Below, piece by piece: positions 1 to 7,683 of a DNA stretch of 21,767 nt. The position numbers and the translations under genes were made by a program. How positions within the stretch are numbered: the first letter of the stretch is position 1; every line of letters starts with the position of its first letter. Origin of the DNA: Myxococcota bacterium (GTDB lineage Bacteria; Myxococcota_A; Polyangia; Polyangiales; Sandaracinaceae); NCBI GenBank assembly GCA_036149055.1, contig JAYZQJ010000121.1, positions 1 through 21,767 of the forward strand. Direction: 5' to 3'. Below the pieces are notes generated by a model. The model saw nothing but the letters and a program-made list of their open reading frames with translations, did not search any database and was not told the DNA's origin.

Positions 1-92
1 GGCGGCGTGGTGCTGGGCGGCGCGGGGCGCGCCGAACCGGACGCTCCACCGCGGGCCGGGGCCGGGCCCGGGGCCGGGGCCCGGGGGTGTGC

Positions 93-112
93 GCCCCCCG
101 ACCGCGGGGGGC
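93..112 (-). terminator. GC hairpin directly after the PilZ-like stop codon
   Basis: GCCCCCCG-ACCG-CGGGGGGC forms a perfect 8-bp stem with a 4-nt loop. It has no U-tract and lies in a low-complexity window end. Confidence 0.25.
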
Positions 113-469
113 TCACACCGCTTCGGCGTACGCCGGCTGACGGAGCGAGCGGGCCGGGATGTACATCGGCTCGCGGAAGCGGGCGAAGCTGCGGATGCGA
201 TCCTTGAGCAGCGCGTCGACCTCCTCGAACATGAGCCCGACGCCCGGCCAGCCGTCCTCGACCGGCTCGCGCTCCCAGGTCGCCACCGCGTCGCGCTCGA
301 GCTTCAGCCCGCCGGGCAGGTGCAGGGTCACCCGGACGCGGGTGCCGATCGGGATGGGCTCGTAGGTCGCCCAGAAGACGCCCACGGTGCCGTCGAAGGC
401 CGTGTAGAAATTGCTCTCGCTCCGCTGCGCCAGGGCGACGTCGACGGGGACGCGTGCGTGATCGTTCAT
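113..469 (-). CDS. Myxobacterial PilZ-like (TIGR02266-type) protein, 118 aa
   Basis: MNDHARVPVDV..SESNFYTAF..GVFWATYEPIPIGTRVRVTLHLPG..W.RE..PGVGLMF..I..F...REP resembles the myxobacterial PilZ-like paralog family (recognised from memory). ATG at 469 is preceded by an SD, GGAAAGGAG. The longer ORF start at 682 overlaps the next gene. Confidence 0.75.
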   Translation of the reverse strand: MNDHARVPVDVALAQRSESNFYTAFDGTVGVFWATYEPIPIGTRVRVTLHLPGGLKLERDAVATWEREPVEDGWPGVGLMFEEVDALLKDRIRSFARFREPMYIPARSLRQPAYAEAV

Positions 470-499
470 CTCGAAGGGCTCCTTTCCTGGGGAGGCCCT

Positions 500-516
500 C
501 CGCAAGGCGCGTACCG
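500..516 (-). promoter_or_regulatory. Sigma-54-type -24/-12 promoter for the PilZ-like gene
   Basis: Minus strand reads CGGTACGCGCCTTGCGG (GG-N10-GC), about 30 nt upstream of the ATG. Confidence 0.6.
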
Positions 517-563
517 CTCGCTCGGACGCCGCCCATCCGCCGCCGGAGGCGAGGCCGCGTGCC

Positions 564-2312
564 TCACTCGGGCAGAGACGACGCGTCCGGCACCAGGACC
601 CAGCGATCTCGCCCCACGTCGCGATGTGACACCCGGACGTCGAGCGCATCGCCGGTCCGCGCCACCGCCTCGCCTCGCTCATCGCGCCACGCCGCGCCGT
701 CGTCGGTGAGCCGGAGCGTCCGCCCGAGGGCGGCCTCGAGATCGGTTCGGTAGAGCTTCACGTCGATCGGCGGCTCGTCCAGCTGGAGGTGGAGCTTGCC
801 GTTCGTGAGGCCCATGACGGTGCCTCGCCGCGTCGGCGCCGACGCGCTCGCGAGGTCCCGCTCGAAGAGCTCGTCGATCGCCAGGCGGTTGCCGAGCGCG
901 GTGAGGCGCCGCTGCAGCGCCTTGCTGCGATTGGCGGCCTCGATCACCGCCGCCTGCAGGGCCTCGTCGTCCGCCGCGCCCGGCGCCTTCAGCGACTCGC
1001 CGTGCAGGCTCTCCCAGAGCTCCTTGTGCAGGAACACGCCGACGATCTCCCGCATCGGCGAGCTGAACCGCGCGTAGACCTCGGCGCCGACGCCGTGGTG
1101 TCCGGCCGCCTCGTCCGAGAACGTCGAGCGCACGTTCATCAGGATCGCCTGACGCTGGATGGCGCGGCTCGCCCTCGCCGCCTCGCCCTCCCACGGGAGC
1201 GCGGCGAGATATGCGGCCAGGCTCTGGTCCTCCGGCCAGGCGGGGACTCCGTGGTGGGCGGCCAGGGTGGCCGTCATCGCGCGGAACGCCTCCACGCGCG
1301 GCGCGGGCGGCGAGGGGTGCACCCGGAAGATCGCTTGCATGCCCGCGTCGTCCTTCGCCGCCGCGATGAGCTTCGCGCCCTCCACGTTGCAGAGGAGCGA
1401 GATCTGCTCGTTGTAGCGCTCGACGTCGTTCCGCATGCCGCCGTAGAGCACGAACGAGCGCAGGCCCTCGAGGCCGACCTCCACCGACCGGCGGCGGTGG
1501 CGCACCACGTCGCGCTCGGTCGCGTCGGCGATCCGGCGCGCTCCGACCTCGGCCAGGAGGTGGAGGCTCTCGTCCCAGGGCGCCGCGTCGCCCGGCGCGC
1601 CGTCGAGGGCCGCCTGTACGCCGTCGTAGGTCAGCTTCGCGCGGCTCCGGATGCGCGCCCGGATCACCGCGGTCCGCGCCGAGCGGCCGGAGGCGTCGAG
1701 GCGCATGTCGAAGACGAGCGCGCGGCGGTCCACCCCGGGGTTGAGGGACACGAGGCCCTCGCTCAGGCGGCGGGGCAGCATCGGCACCATCCAGCCGGGG
1801 AGATAGAAGCTCGCGCCGCGGGCGAGCGCCTCGTCCCAGAGCGCGGTGCCGGGGCGCACGTAGAAGCTCGCGTCCGCGAGCGCGTAGCGCACCCGGTGGC
1901 CGGCGCCGTCACGCGCGATGTGCAGCGCCTGGTCGAGGTCTCGCGAGCCCTCGTTGTCGATGGTGACGAAGGGCAGATCGGTCAGGTCCGCGAGCGACGG
2001 ATCGTCGGTCCCCGGCGGGGCCTCGCTCGCTCCGTCCCAGAGCGCCTCGACCTCGTCGAGCACAGCGTCGGGGAACACCGGATCGAGCCCGTGGTCGGCG
2101 GCGATGCGCACCAGCCGGGCGAGCGCCGAGCCGGCGGGGGCGTAGACCTCGCCGCGCGCGACCGCGCCGTCGACCTCGACCTGCGCCCAGTCTCCCGGCT
2201 GCGCGTCGCCCTCGTAGCGGACGGGCGCGGCGTCGGGGCGCCACGGGTCGTGCGCGTGGAGCACGCCGTCGTCGAGGCGGAGGAGGGCGAGGAAGCGGGG
2301 TCGCGCATGCAC
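564..2312 (-). CDS. RNB-domain 3'-5' exoribonuclease (RNase II/R family)
   Basis: Motifs DLTDLPFVTIDNEGSRDLDQAL, RGASFYLP..VPMLP..LS..LVSL, IRSRAKLTY and HHGVG..VYARFSSPMR. GTG 2312 was chosen as start because TATGCT sits 7 nt upstream. ATG 2324 is the alternative. Confidence 0.9.
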   Translation of the reverse strand: MHARPRFLALLRLDDGVLHAHDPWRPDAAPVRYEGDAQPGDWAQVEVDGAVARGEVYAPAGSALARLVRIAADHGLDPVFPDAVLDEVEALWDGASEAPPGTDDPSLADLTDLPFVTIDNEGSRDLDQALHIARDGAGHRVRYALADASFYVRPGTALWDEALARGASFYLPGWMVPMLPRRLSEGLVSLNPGVDRRALVFDMRLDASGRSARTAVIRARIRSRAKLTYDGVQAALDGAPGDAAPWDESLHLLAEVGARRIADATERDVVRHRRRSVEVGLEGLRSFVLYGGMRNDVERYNEQISLLCNVEGAKLIAAAKDDAGMQAIFRVHPSPPAPRVEAFRAMTATLAAHHGVPAWPEDQSLAAYLAALPWEGEAARASRAIQRQAILMNVRSTFSDEAAGHHGVGAEVYARFSSPMREIVGVFLHKELWESLHGESLKAPGAADDEALQAAVIEAANRSKALQRRLTALGNRLAIDELFERDLASASAPTRRGTVMGLTNGKLHLQLDEPPIDVKLYRTDLEAALGRTLRLTDDGAAWRDERGEAVARTGDALDVRVSHRDVGRDRWVLVPDASSLPE

Positions 2313-2329
2313 GCCGCGCAGCATACGCG

Positions 2330-2360
2330 AAACGCGCGACGCCTCCTCGGCGCCGCGCGT
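2330..2360 (-). terminator. Probable intrinsic terminator after csbD
   Basis: Minus strand ACGCGCGGCGCC-GAGGA-GGCGTCGCGCGT is a 12-bp stem with one G-U pair, followed by a short T run. It begins about 33 nt after the csbD stop. Confidence 0.5.
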
Positions 2361-2392
2361 GTCGCGGTCGTGTTGGGGTGCGTGCGGTCCGC

Positions 2393-2695
2393 TCACCGGT
2401 TGGCGTGCTTCTCCGCCTTGCCCTCGAGCTTGCGCGCCTTGCCGCGGGCCTTGGTCGACTTCTCGCCCGTGAGGTCGCCGAGCTTCTCCTCCGCCTTGCC
2501 GGCGAGCTCCTTCACCTTGCCTTCGACCTGGCCGGCCTTCTTCGCGGTCTGCTTCTTGGCCTCGCCGGACGCGGCCTCGGCCTTGCCGCGCCGCTTCAGG
2601 TCGTCGTTGCCGACCACCTCGCCGGCCTTCTCCTTGACCTTGCCCTTGACCTTCTCGAGCTTGCCCTCGTTCTTCTTCTTCTCGACGTTCTTCAT
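2393..2695 (-). CDS. csbD: CsbD-family general stress protein with two tandem CsbD-like units, 100 aa
   Basis: EGKLEKVKGKVKEKAGEVVGNDDLKRRGKAE and GQVEGKVKELAGKAEEKLGDLTGEKSTKARGKA are typical CsbD patterns. SD AAAGGA lies upstream of ATG 2695. Confidence 0.8.
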   Translation of the reverse strand: MKNVEKKKNEGKLEKVKGKVKEKAGEVVGNDDLKRRGKAEAASGEAKKQTAKKAGQVEGKVKELAGKAEEKLGDLTGEKSTKARGKARKLEGKAEKHANR

Positions 2696-2724
2696 GTGTG
2701 TGCGTCCTTTCGCTCGACAGGTAG

Positions 2725-2741
2725 CCGCAAGGCGCGTGCCG
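2725..2741 (-). promoter_or_regulatory. Sigma-54-type -24/-12 promoter for csbD
   Basis: Minus strand CGGCACGCGCCTTGCGG matches YGGCAC-N5-TTGC with exact GG-N10-GC spacing, about 30 nt upstream of the ATG. Confidence 0.7.
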
Positions 2742-2760
2742 GCGAATTCGGGCGAATTCA
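2741..2760. repeat. 10-bp tandem repeat GGCGAATTCG/GGCGAATTCA
   Basis: Seen directly in the divergent csbD/hydrolase intergenic region, abutting the -24 element. Confidence 0.6.
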
Positions 2761-2820
2761 CGCCGAACGTCGTGGCGAGATGACACGGCCGGGGCCGAGC
2801 GGACGTGACATGCTCGGCGC

Positions 2821-3327
2821 ATGGCGAGCTTGGGTCACGTCGCGGTGGGCCTCGCGGCCGGGCGGCTCCACGCGAGCGAGCGTCCGTGGCCGGCGATGCT
2901 GGGCTTCAGCGCGCTCTCGCTGCTGCCCGATCTCGACGTCGTCGCCTTCGCGTTCGGCGTCCCGTACGAGCACCCGCTCGGGCACCGCGGCGCGAGCCAC
3001 TCGCTGCTGGTCGCGCTGGCCCTCGGGGCGCTCTGTGTGCCGCTCGCGCGCGCGCCCGCGCGTCGGCTCCGCCTCGGCCTCCTCGCCGCCGGCGTCGCGG
3101 CCAGCCACGGATTGCTCGACACGCTCACCGACGGCGGCCTCGGCGCGGCGCTCCTCTGGCCCTTCGACGACGCGCGGCTGTTCGCGCCGCTCCGCCCGAT
3201 CCCGGTCGCGCCGATCGGCGCCGGCATGCTCTCGGCGCGAGGCCTCTACGTGCTCGCCGTCGAGGCGCTGATGTTCGCGCCCTTGCTCCTCTACGCCCTC
3301 TGGCCGCGCGAGCGCCTCAGCGCGTGA
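2821..3327 (+). CDS. YdjM-like membrane-bound metal-dependent hydrolase
   Basis: N-terminal GH, LLPDLD, GHRGASHSLL and SHGLLDTLTDGG motifs, plus several hydrophobic segments. Confidence 0.88.
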   Translation: MASLGHVAVGLAAGRLHASERPWPAMLGFSALSLLPDLDVVAFAFGVPYEHPLGHRGASHSLLVALALGALCVPLARAPARRLRLGLLAAGVAASHGLLDTLTDGGLGAALLWPFDDARLFAPLRPIPVAPIGAGMLSARGLYVLAVEALMFAPLLLYALWPRERLSA

Positions 3328-4555
3328 TCCGGGCTCCGTCGAACTCGCGACCGACCGCGTCGATGGCGTGCACGCGCAGCTCGTCGGGCGTGACGTGCAG
3401 GGTGACGAAGTGGGTCACCGACTCCGCGAAGGCGGTCCGTTCGCCGGGGTTCACCCACCGGGTGCCCGCGCCGCCGCCGCCGGTGACGACGTAGGTGACG
3501 CCGTCGATGGGGTGGAAGCGCTCGTAGTGATGGTCGTGCCCGGTGAGCACGAGCTTCACGCCGTGCGCCCGCAGGATGTCGCCGTAGCGCGCCTCGAAGC
3601 CGCCGTCGCCGCCGTGGGGCCCGGACGAGTAGGGGGGCCGGTGCGCGTAGACGATCGTCCAGGGGCGGTCGGCCCGCGCGAGGTCGGCCTCGAGCCACGC
3701 GATCTGGTCGTCGCCGTTGACCTCGGTGTCGAGCGCGACGAAGTGCGCCGGGCCCCAGTCGAAGGAGAACCAGCGCTCGCGGCCTCGCTCGCCGCCGTTC
3801 TCGGGCAGCCCGAAGACCTCGCGATAGGGGCCCGCGTCGGCGGTGCCGTAGTCGTGGTTGCCGCTCGCGGGGAAGAACGGGATCGACGAGAAGAGGTCCT
3901 CGTAGACCGCGAAGGTGAAGTCCTCGAACTCCTGCAGCGTGCCGTCCGGGTAGGCGATGTCGCCGGTGTGGAGGATCAGGTCCACCGGCGCGGTGCGCAT
4001 CTGCTCGGCGAGCGTCCACTGGTCGGGGAACCCGCGCCCCGAGTCGCCGAAGACGAGCACGTCGATGGGCTCGTCCACGCCCTCCGGCGCGGCGCGGAAC
4101 CCGAACGGGCCCAGGCGGTCGCCGTCCGCGTCGAGGAGGGCGTAGCAGTGCAACGCGCCTGGCGTGAGCCCGTCGAGGGTCGCGACGCGCTGGCTCGTGT
4201 CGGCGTCGAGGAACGTGGTCTCGTCCCGCGCGCTCTCGATCGTCCGGGGCGCCTCGCCCGGCCGCCAGAGCTGGAGCGTGTGGGCGCCGGTCTCGGTCCA
4301 CATCACGCGGGCCGAGCGCGGCTCGACGCGCTGCACGTAGGGCTGGCGCACCACCGCGCGGGCGCGGCGCTCGGGCTCACCGCAGCCTTCGATCGCGAAC
4401 GCGAGCGCGTCACCGCGCGCCGCGGGCGGCTCGATGAGGGCCCCGGTCTGGCTCGCGGCGATCTGCCCCTGCTCCTCGACCAGGCAGCCGGTGAGGGTGC
4501 CTGCGGTGAGACAGAGCAGCGCCGCCACCACGAGGGGGGATCGTGGGGTCGACAT
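3317..4555 (-). CDS. Metallophosphoesterase lipoprotein, purple acid phosphatase type with an N-terminal FN3-like region
   Basis: All five PAP metal-ligand motifs are present: GDSG, GDIAY, GNHD, AHRPPYS and GHDHHYER. The signal peptide ends in lipobox LTGC. ATG 4555 has TACCTT 7 nt upstream. Confidence 0.88.
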   Translation of the reverse strand: MSTPRSPLVVAALLCLTAGTLTGCLVEEQGQIAASQTGALIEPPAARGDALAFAIEGCGEPERRARAVVRQPYVQRVEPRSARVMWTETGAHTLQLWRPGEAPRTIESARDETTFLDADTSQRVATLDGLTPGALHCYALLDADGDRLGPFGFRAAPEGVDEPIDVLVFGDSGRGFPDQWTLAEQMRTAPVDLILHTGDIAYPDGTLQEFEDFTFAVYEDLFSSIPFFPASGNHDYGTADAGPYREVFGLPENGGERGRERWFSFDWGPAHFVALDTEVNGDDQIAWLEADLARADRPWTIVYAHRPPYSSGPHGGDGGFEARYGDILRAHGVKLVLTGHDHHYERFHPIDGVTYVVTGGGGAGTRWVNPGERTAFAESVTHFVTLHVTPDELRVHAIDAVGREFDGARITR

Positions 4556-4618
4556 CGTCATCAAGGTAATTGAGGCCTGGGCCTCGGCAACCGGCTCGTG
4601 GGGACTTATGGATGGGAC

Positions 4619-4843
4619 ATGGGAGACCCGAAGATCCCCGAGCGCCCCGAGGACATGCCAGGCGGCCCCGGCTCCGACGAGGAGCCGATCACGCCCCCGA
4701 AGAAGAAGCCGCCGGCGAAGGACCCCGACGACGACGAGCCACCGATGGTCCCGCCCGGGCCGGAGAAGCCGCCGGCCACGGTGCCCGACGAGCCGCCCCC
4801 GGCCGGCGACCCGCCGAACGAGAAGCCGCCCGCCTACAGCTGA
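4619..4843 (+). CDS. Small Pro/Asp/Glu/Lys-rich hypothetical protein, 74 aa
   Basis: Fills the gap between the phosphoesterase and thioesterase genes, with G/C-ending codons and repeated (K/E)PP units. GTG 4598 is the alternative start. Confidence 0.6.
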   Translation: MGDPKIPERPEDMPGGPGSDEEPITPPKKKPPAKDPDDDEPPMVPPGPEKPPATVPDEPPPAGDPPNEKPPAYS

Positions 4844-4845
4844 CG

Positions 4846-5307
4846 CTACCAGCGGTGGTAGGCGGGGTGACCCTCGGTGACCGCGACGAAGGTGCCCTTG
4901 CACGTCGCGGTGACCTTCCCGTTCGCCTCCAGGGTCGCCTCGATGACCGCGGTGCGGTCCTTCACCTCGGTGGCGCGCGCCACCAGGCGCAGCTCCACGT
5001 CCATCGGCGTGGGCCGCTTCAGCCGCACGTGGAAGTCCGCGGTCACGGTGCAGGGCGGGCTCTCGTCGCCCGTCGCCTTCATCAGCGTGTAGGCCGCCGT
5101 CCAGTTCGAGTGGCAGTCGAGCAGCGCGCCGCAGATGCCGCCGTTGAGCACGTTGGGGAACGCCTGGTGGTGGTCCTCGGGGCGCCAGCGCGCGACCACC
5201 TCGTCGCCCTCTACGAAGCTCTTGATCCGCAGGCCCTTCTCGTTGGCGGGGCCGCAGCCGAAGCACGCGTTGTGCGGCGCGTACCGGTCCTGGAGGCTGG
5301 CGCTCAT
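4846..5307 (-). CDS. PaaI-family (hot-dog fold) thioesterase
   Basis: CFGCGPANEKGL, HQAFPNVLNGGICGALLDCH and TVTADFHVRLKRPTP motifs. Confidence 0.88.
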   Translation of the reverse strand: MSASLQDRYAPHNACFGCGPANEKGLRIKSFVEGDEVVARWRPEDHHQAFPNVLNGGICGALLDCHSNWTAAYTLMKATGDESPPCTVTADFHVRLKRPTPMDVELRLVARATEVKDRTAVIEATLEANGKVTATCKGTFVAVTEGHPAYHRW

Positions 5308-5339
5308 GCGCGCAGTCTCGGGGCCCGCGAGCGCGCCCG

Positions 5340-5373
5340 CAAGCACCTCGTCGAACCAAGCACCTCGTTGAAC
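5340..5373. repeat. 17-bp tandem direct repeat CAAGCACCTCGT(C/T)GAAC x2
   Basis: 5340-5356 and 5357-5373 differ at one base. The repeat is intergenic between the divergent thioesterase and DUF2807 genes. Confidence 0.85.
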
Positions 5374-5415
5374 GGGGCGCCGAGGGTCGGGCACCGAGCG
5401 GGGAAAGGAGCTTCG

Positions 5416-6192
5416 ATGCGAACCCTACGGATGACTCTCTGTGCGTCTCTCCTCCTCGGCTGCGGCGTCCAGGGCAACGGTGTGGTGGCGGAGGAGGAGC
5501 GCGCCCTCGGCGCTCTCGACGCGGTCGTCAACGCGTCCTCGCTCGCCGTCACGGCGGAGGTGCGAGAGGGGGCGGACCCGCGCGCCCGCGTGACGTGTGA
5601 CGAGAACCTGATCCCGCACATCGAGACCCGCCTCGAGGGCAGGCGCCTGATCGTCTCGGCCGCGCCGGGCGTGTGGCTCCAGCCTCGCGCGCGGTGCGAG
5701 GTCCACGTCGTCGCGCCCGCGATCGACGAAGCCGAGATCGCGGGCTCGGGGGCGCTGCGCGTGTGGAGCGCGGAGCCCGCGGTCGGGTTGCGGCTCGCGA
5801 GGGTCGCCGGCTCCGGTTCGCTCGAGGTCGACGCGCCCGTCTCCGGCGCCGCGCTCGCCCTGCGCGTCGACGGATCGGGGGATCTCGAGGTGCGCGAGGC
5901 GCGCCCCGAGCACCTCGACGTCGAGGTCGCGGGCTCGGGCTCGGTGCGGGCGCTGCGCGGCGAGAGTCGGTCGGTGACCGTGGCCATCCGGGGGAGCGGC
6001 GACGCCGACGTCTCGGCGGTCCCGGCCGCCGAGGTCGAGGCGATCATCGAGGGGAGCGGCAGCGCCCGGGTGCACTGCACGGGCCGCCTGGAGGCGCGGG
6101 TCGACGGGTCGGGCAGCGTGTTCGTGCGCGGCGACCCGCCCGAGCGCGACGAGCGCGGCGCCGGCTCGGGGGACGTGCGTTACGCACCCTGA
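5416..6192 (+). CDS. DUF2807 (GIN-domain, beta-helix) lipoprotein
   Basis: SD GGAAAGGAG, lipobox LLLGC, VQGNGVV and DENLIPHIET, plus about eight GSG-centred repeats. Confidence 0.88.
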   Translation: MRTLRMTLCASLLLGCGVQGNGVVAEEERALGALDAVVNASSLAVTAEVREGADPRARVTCDENLIPHIETRLEGRRLIVSAAPGVWLQPRARCEVHVVAPAIDEAEIAGSGALRVWSAEPAVGLRLARVAGSGSLEVDAPVSGAALALRVDGSGDLEVREARPEHLDVEVAGSGSVRALRGESRSVTVAIRGSGDADVSAVPAAEVEAIIEGSGSARVHCTGRLEARVDGSGSVFVRGDPPERDERGAGSGDVRYAP

Positions 6193-6193
6193 G

Positions 6194-7681
6194 TTACTCC
6201 CCGAGGGCCTCGCGCACGTGGGCCAGCGCGAGCGTCCAGCCGCGGGCCTCGTAGATCTCGGCGAGCGCGTCGAGGGCGTCGAGGTCGCCGTCGCGCAGCC
6301 GCGCCACGAGGGCGCGCTCCTCGTCGTCGGCGACGGCGGGCGGCGCGGCCTTCGACGTGCTCCCGGCCGGCAGCGCGAGGCGGTCGCGGATGCGTTGCAC
6401 GAGCCGCGGGTCGGCCCACGCGGCGCGCGCCTCGAGCTCCGCGTCGAAGAAGGCGGCGAAGTCGGCGTCGCGCCGCTCGACCGTGCCGTCTTCGTGGAAG
6501 AACTCCACGACGGCCGGCGACGAGCCGGCGGGCGGATAGACGTGCAGGCAGAGCTCGTCGCCGCCGCCGCCGCCGGCGAAGGCCAGGAGGCACGGGTCGG
6601 CGTCCCAGTCCGCGGTGAGGCCCCGCAGCTCGAAGTAGGCGAAGCCGCACTGGTCGAGCCAGCGCGCGAAGGCCGGCTCGCGCTCGCGCTCCTCGAGCAG
6701 CCGGAGCAGGAGCGGCGGCGCCTCGAAGCCGTGCGCCGCGGCCAGCGCCCGGAGCTCGGCCGCGGTCGCCTCCTCGGGCGGAGGAGGCTCGGGCAACACG
6801 GGTGCGGGCAGCTCGAGCGTCGCCGCCGCCGGTCGCTCCGACGTGCGCGCCCCCGAGGGACGCCAGGCGTGCACGCGGAAGACGCCGGGCAGGTCCTCCC
6901 GCACGTCCTCGAGCAGCACCACGTCGCCGGGCTCCACCTCGGGGCCGCCCGGCTCGCGGCGCACGGTGATGCGGCCGTGCTCGGGGTGCTCGACCACGAA
7001 GCTGCCGGGGAACGCGAAGAGCACCTCCGCCTCGGTGGGGGCGTCGGTCGAGACCGCCTGGAGGGGCTCGAGCGTCAACGGCGTCGAGGCGTGGCGCGCG
7101 CTCCGGTCGAGCGCGTCGAGCTCCAGGACCACCAGCTTGCCCACCGCGAGCACCGCCGCGCGCCCCTCGCTCTCGGCGGCGTCCAGCGGGGTGCCCGGCG
7201 TCGGCACGGTCAGCGCGCGGAGCGCTCCCTCTCGACGCTCGAAGCGGTGCGCGAGCGACAGCGTCGGGCAGATCACCCACCGGCCCCGCGCCGAGGGGCG
7301 CTCGCCGGCCGGCAGCACGAGCGACGTCTCTCCGGCGGCGCCCACCGCCTGCCACCGCCCCCGGACGTCCTGCGCCAGCGCGACCAGCAGCGCGCCGTCG
7401 AAGCTGCCGCGGAAGACGTCGCCTTCGATCGCCACCGACAGGCCGGGCCCCTCGAGCGTGCACACCGGCCCGGCGTCCGTCTCCTCGGTGCGCGCCGCGA
7501 CGCCCGCGATCGGGGCCCGACGCTCCTCGAGGGGCGGCGCGCCGCCCTTCCGCGTCTCGGTCTCTCCGCTCTCCACGTTCACCCGCGCCGACAGGTGCTC
7601 CTGCGCCACCGTCACCCAGGGCCAGTCGAAGGCCACGATCCGGGCGGCGGTGAAGGGGAGGGGGACGTAGCGGTGGCCCAT
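6194..7681 (-). CDS. Hypothetical 495-aa protein with a C-terminal SMI1/KNR4 (SUKH)-like domain
   Basis: ATG 7681 lies 2 nt after the ATPase stop. The C-terminal part ELRALAAAHGFEAPPLL..LLAFAGGGGGDELCL..PAVVEFFHE..ADFAAFF resembles the SUKH pattern (judged by eye). A Pro-rich linker precedes it. Confidence 0.65.
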   Translation of the reverse strand: MGHRYVPLPFTAARIVAFDWPWVTVAQEHLSARVNVESGETETRKGGAPPLEERRAPIAGVAARTEETDAGPVCTLEGPGLSVAIEGDVFRGSFDGALLVALAQDVRGRWQAVGAAGETSLVLPAGERPSARGRWVICPTLSLAHRFERREGALRALTVPTPGTPLDAAESEGRAAVLAVGKLVVLELDALDRSARHASTPLTLEPLQAVSTDAPTEAEVLFAFPGSFVVEHPEHGRITVRREPGGPEVEPGDVVLLEDVREDLPGVFRVHAWRPSGARTSERPAAATLELPAPVLPEPPPPEEATAAELRALAAAHGFEAPPLLLRLLEEREREPAFARWLDQCGFAYFELRGLTADWDADPCLLAFAGGGGGDELCLHVYPPAGSSPAVVEFFHEDGTVERRDADFAAFFDAELEARAAWADPRLVQRIRDRLALPAGSTSKAAPPAVADDEERALVARLRDGDLDALDALAEIYEARGWTLALAHVREALGE

Positions 7682-7683
7682 GC

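Noticed and set aside
1..92. GGGCC/GGGGCC short repeats, possible G-quadruplex or repeat element
   Set aside because: Low-complexity G/C sequence at the window edge, similar to the degraded 3' end and probably poor-quality sequence.
2313..2822. N-terminal extension of the RNB ORF to 2822
   Set aside because: It overlaps csbD in another frame and crosses a terminator-like hairpin, so it is not a fusion.
5340..5373. Possible CRISPR remnant
   Set aside because: Only two adjacent 17-bp units with no spacer and no cas genes.
4556..5415. Long N-terminal extensions of the phosphoesterase (to 5359) and DUF2807 (from 4570) ORFs
   Set aside because: They overlap the thioesterase and Pro-rich genes. 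Signal peptides with lipoboxes define the starts at 4555 and 5416.
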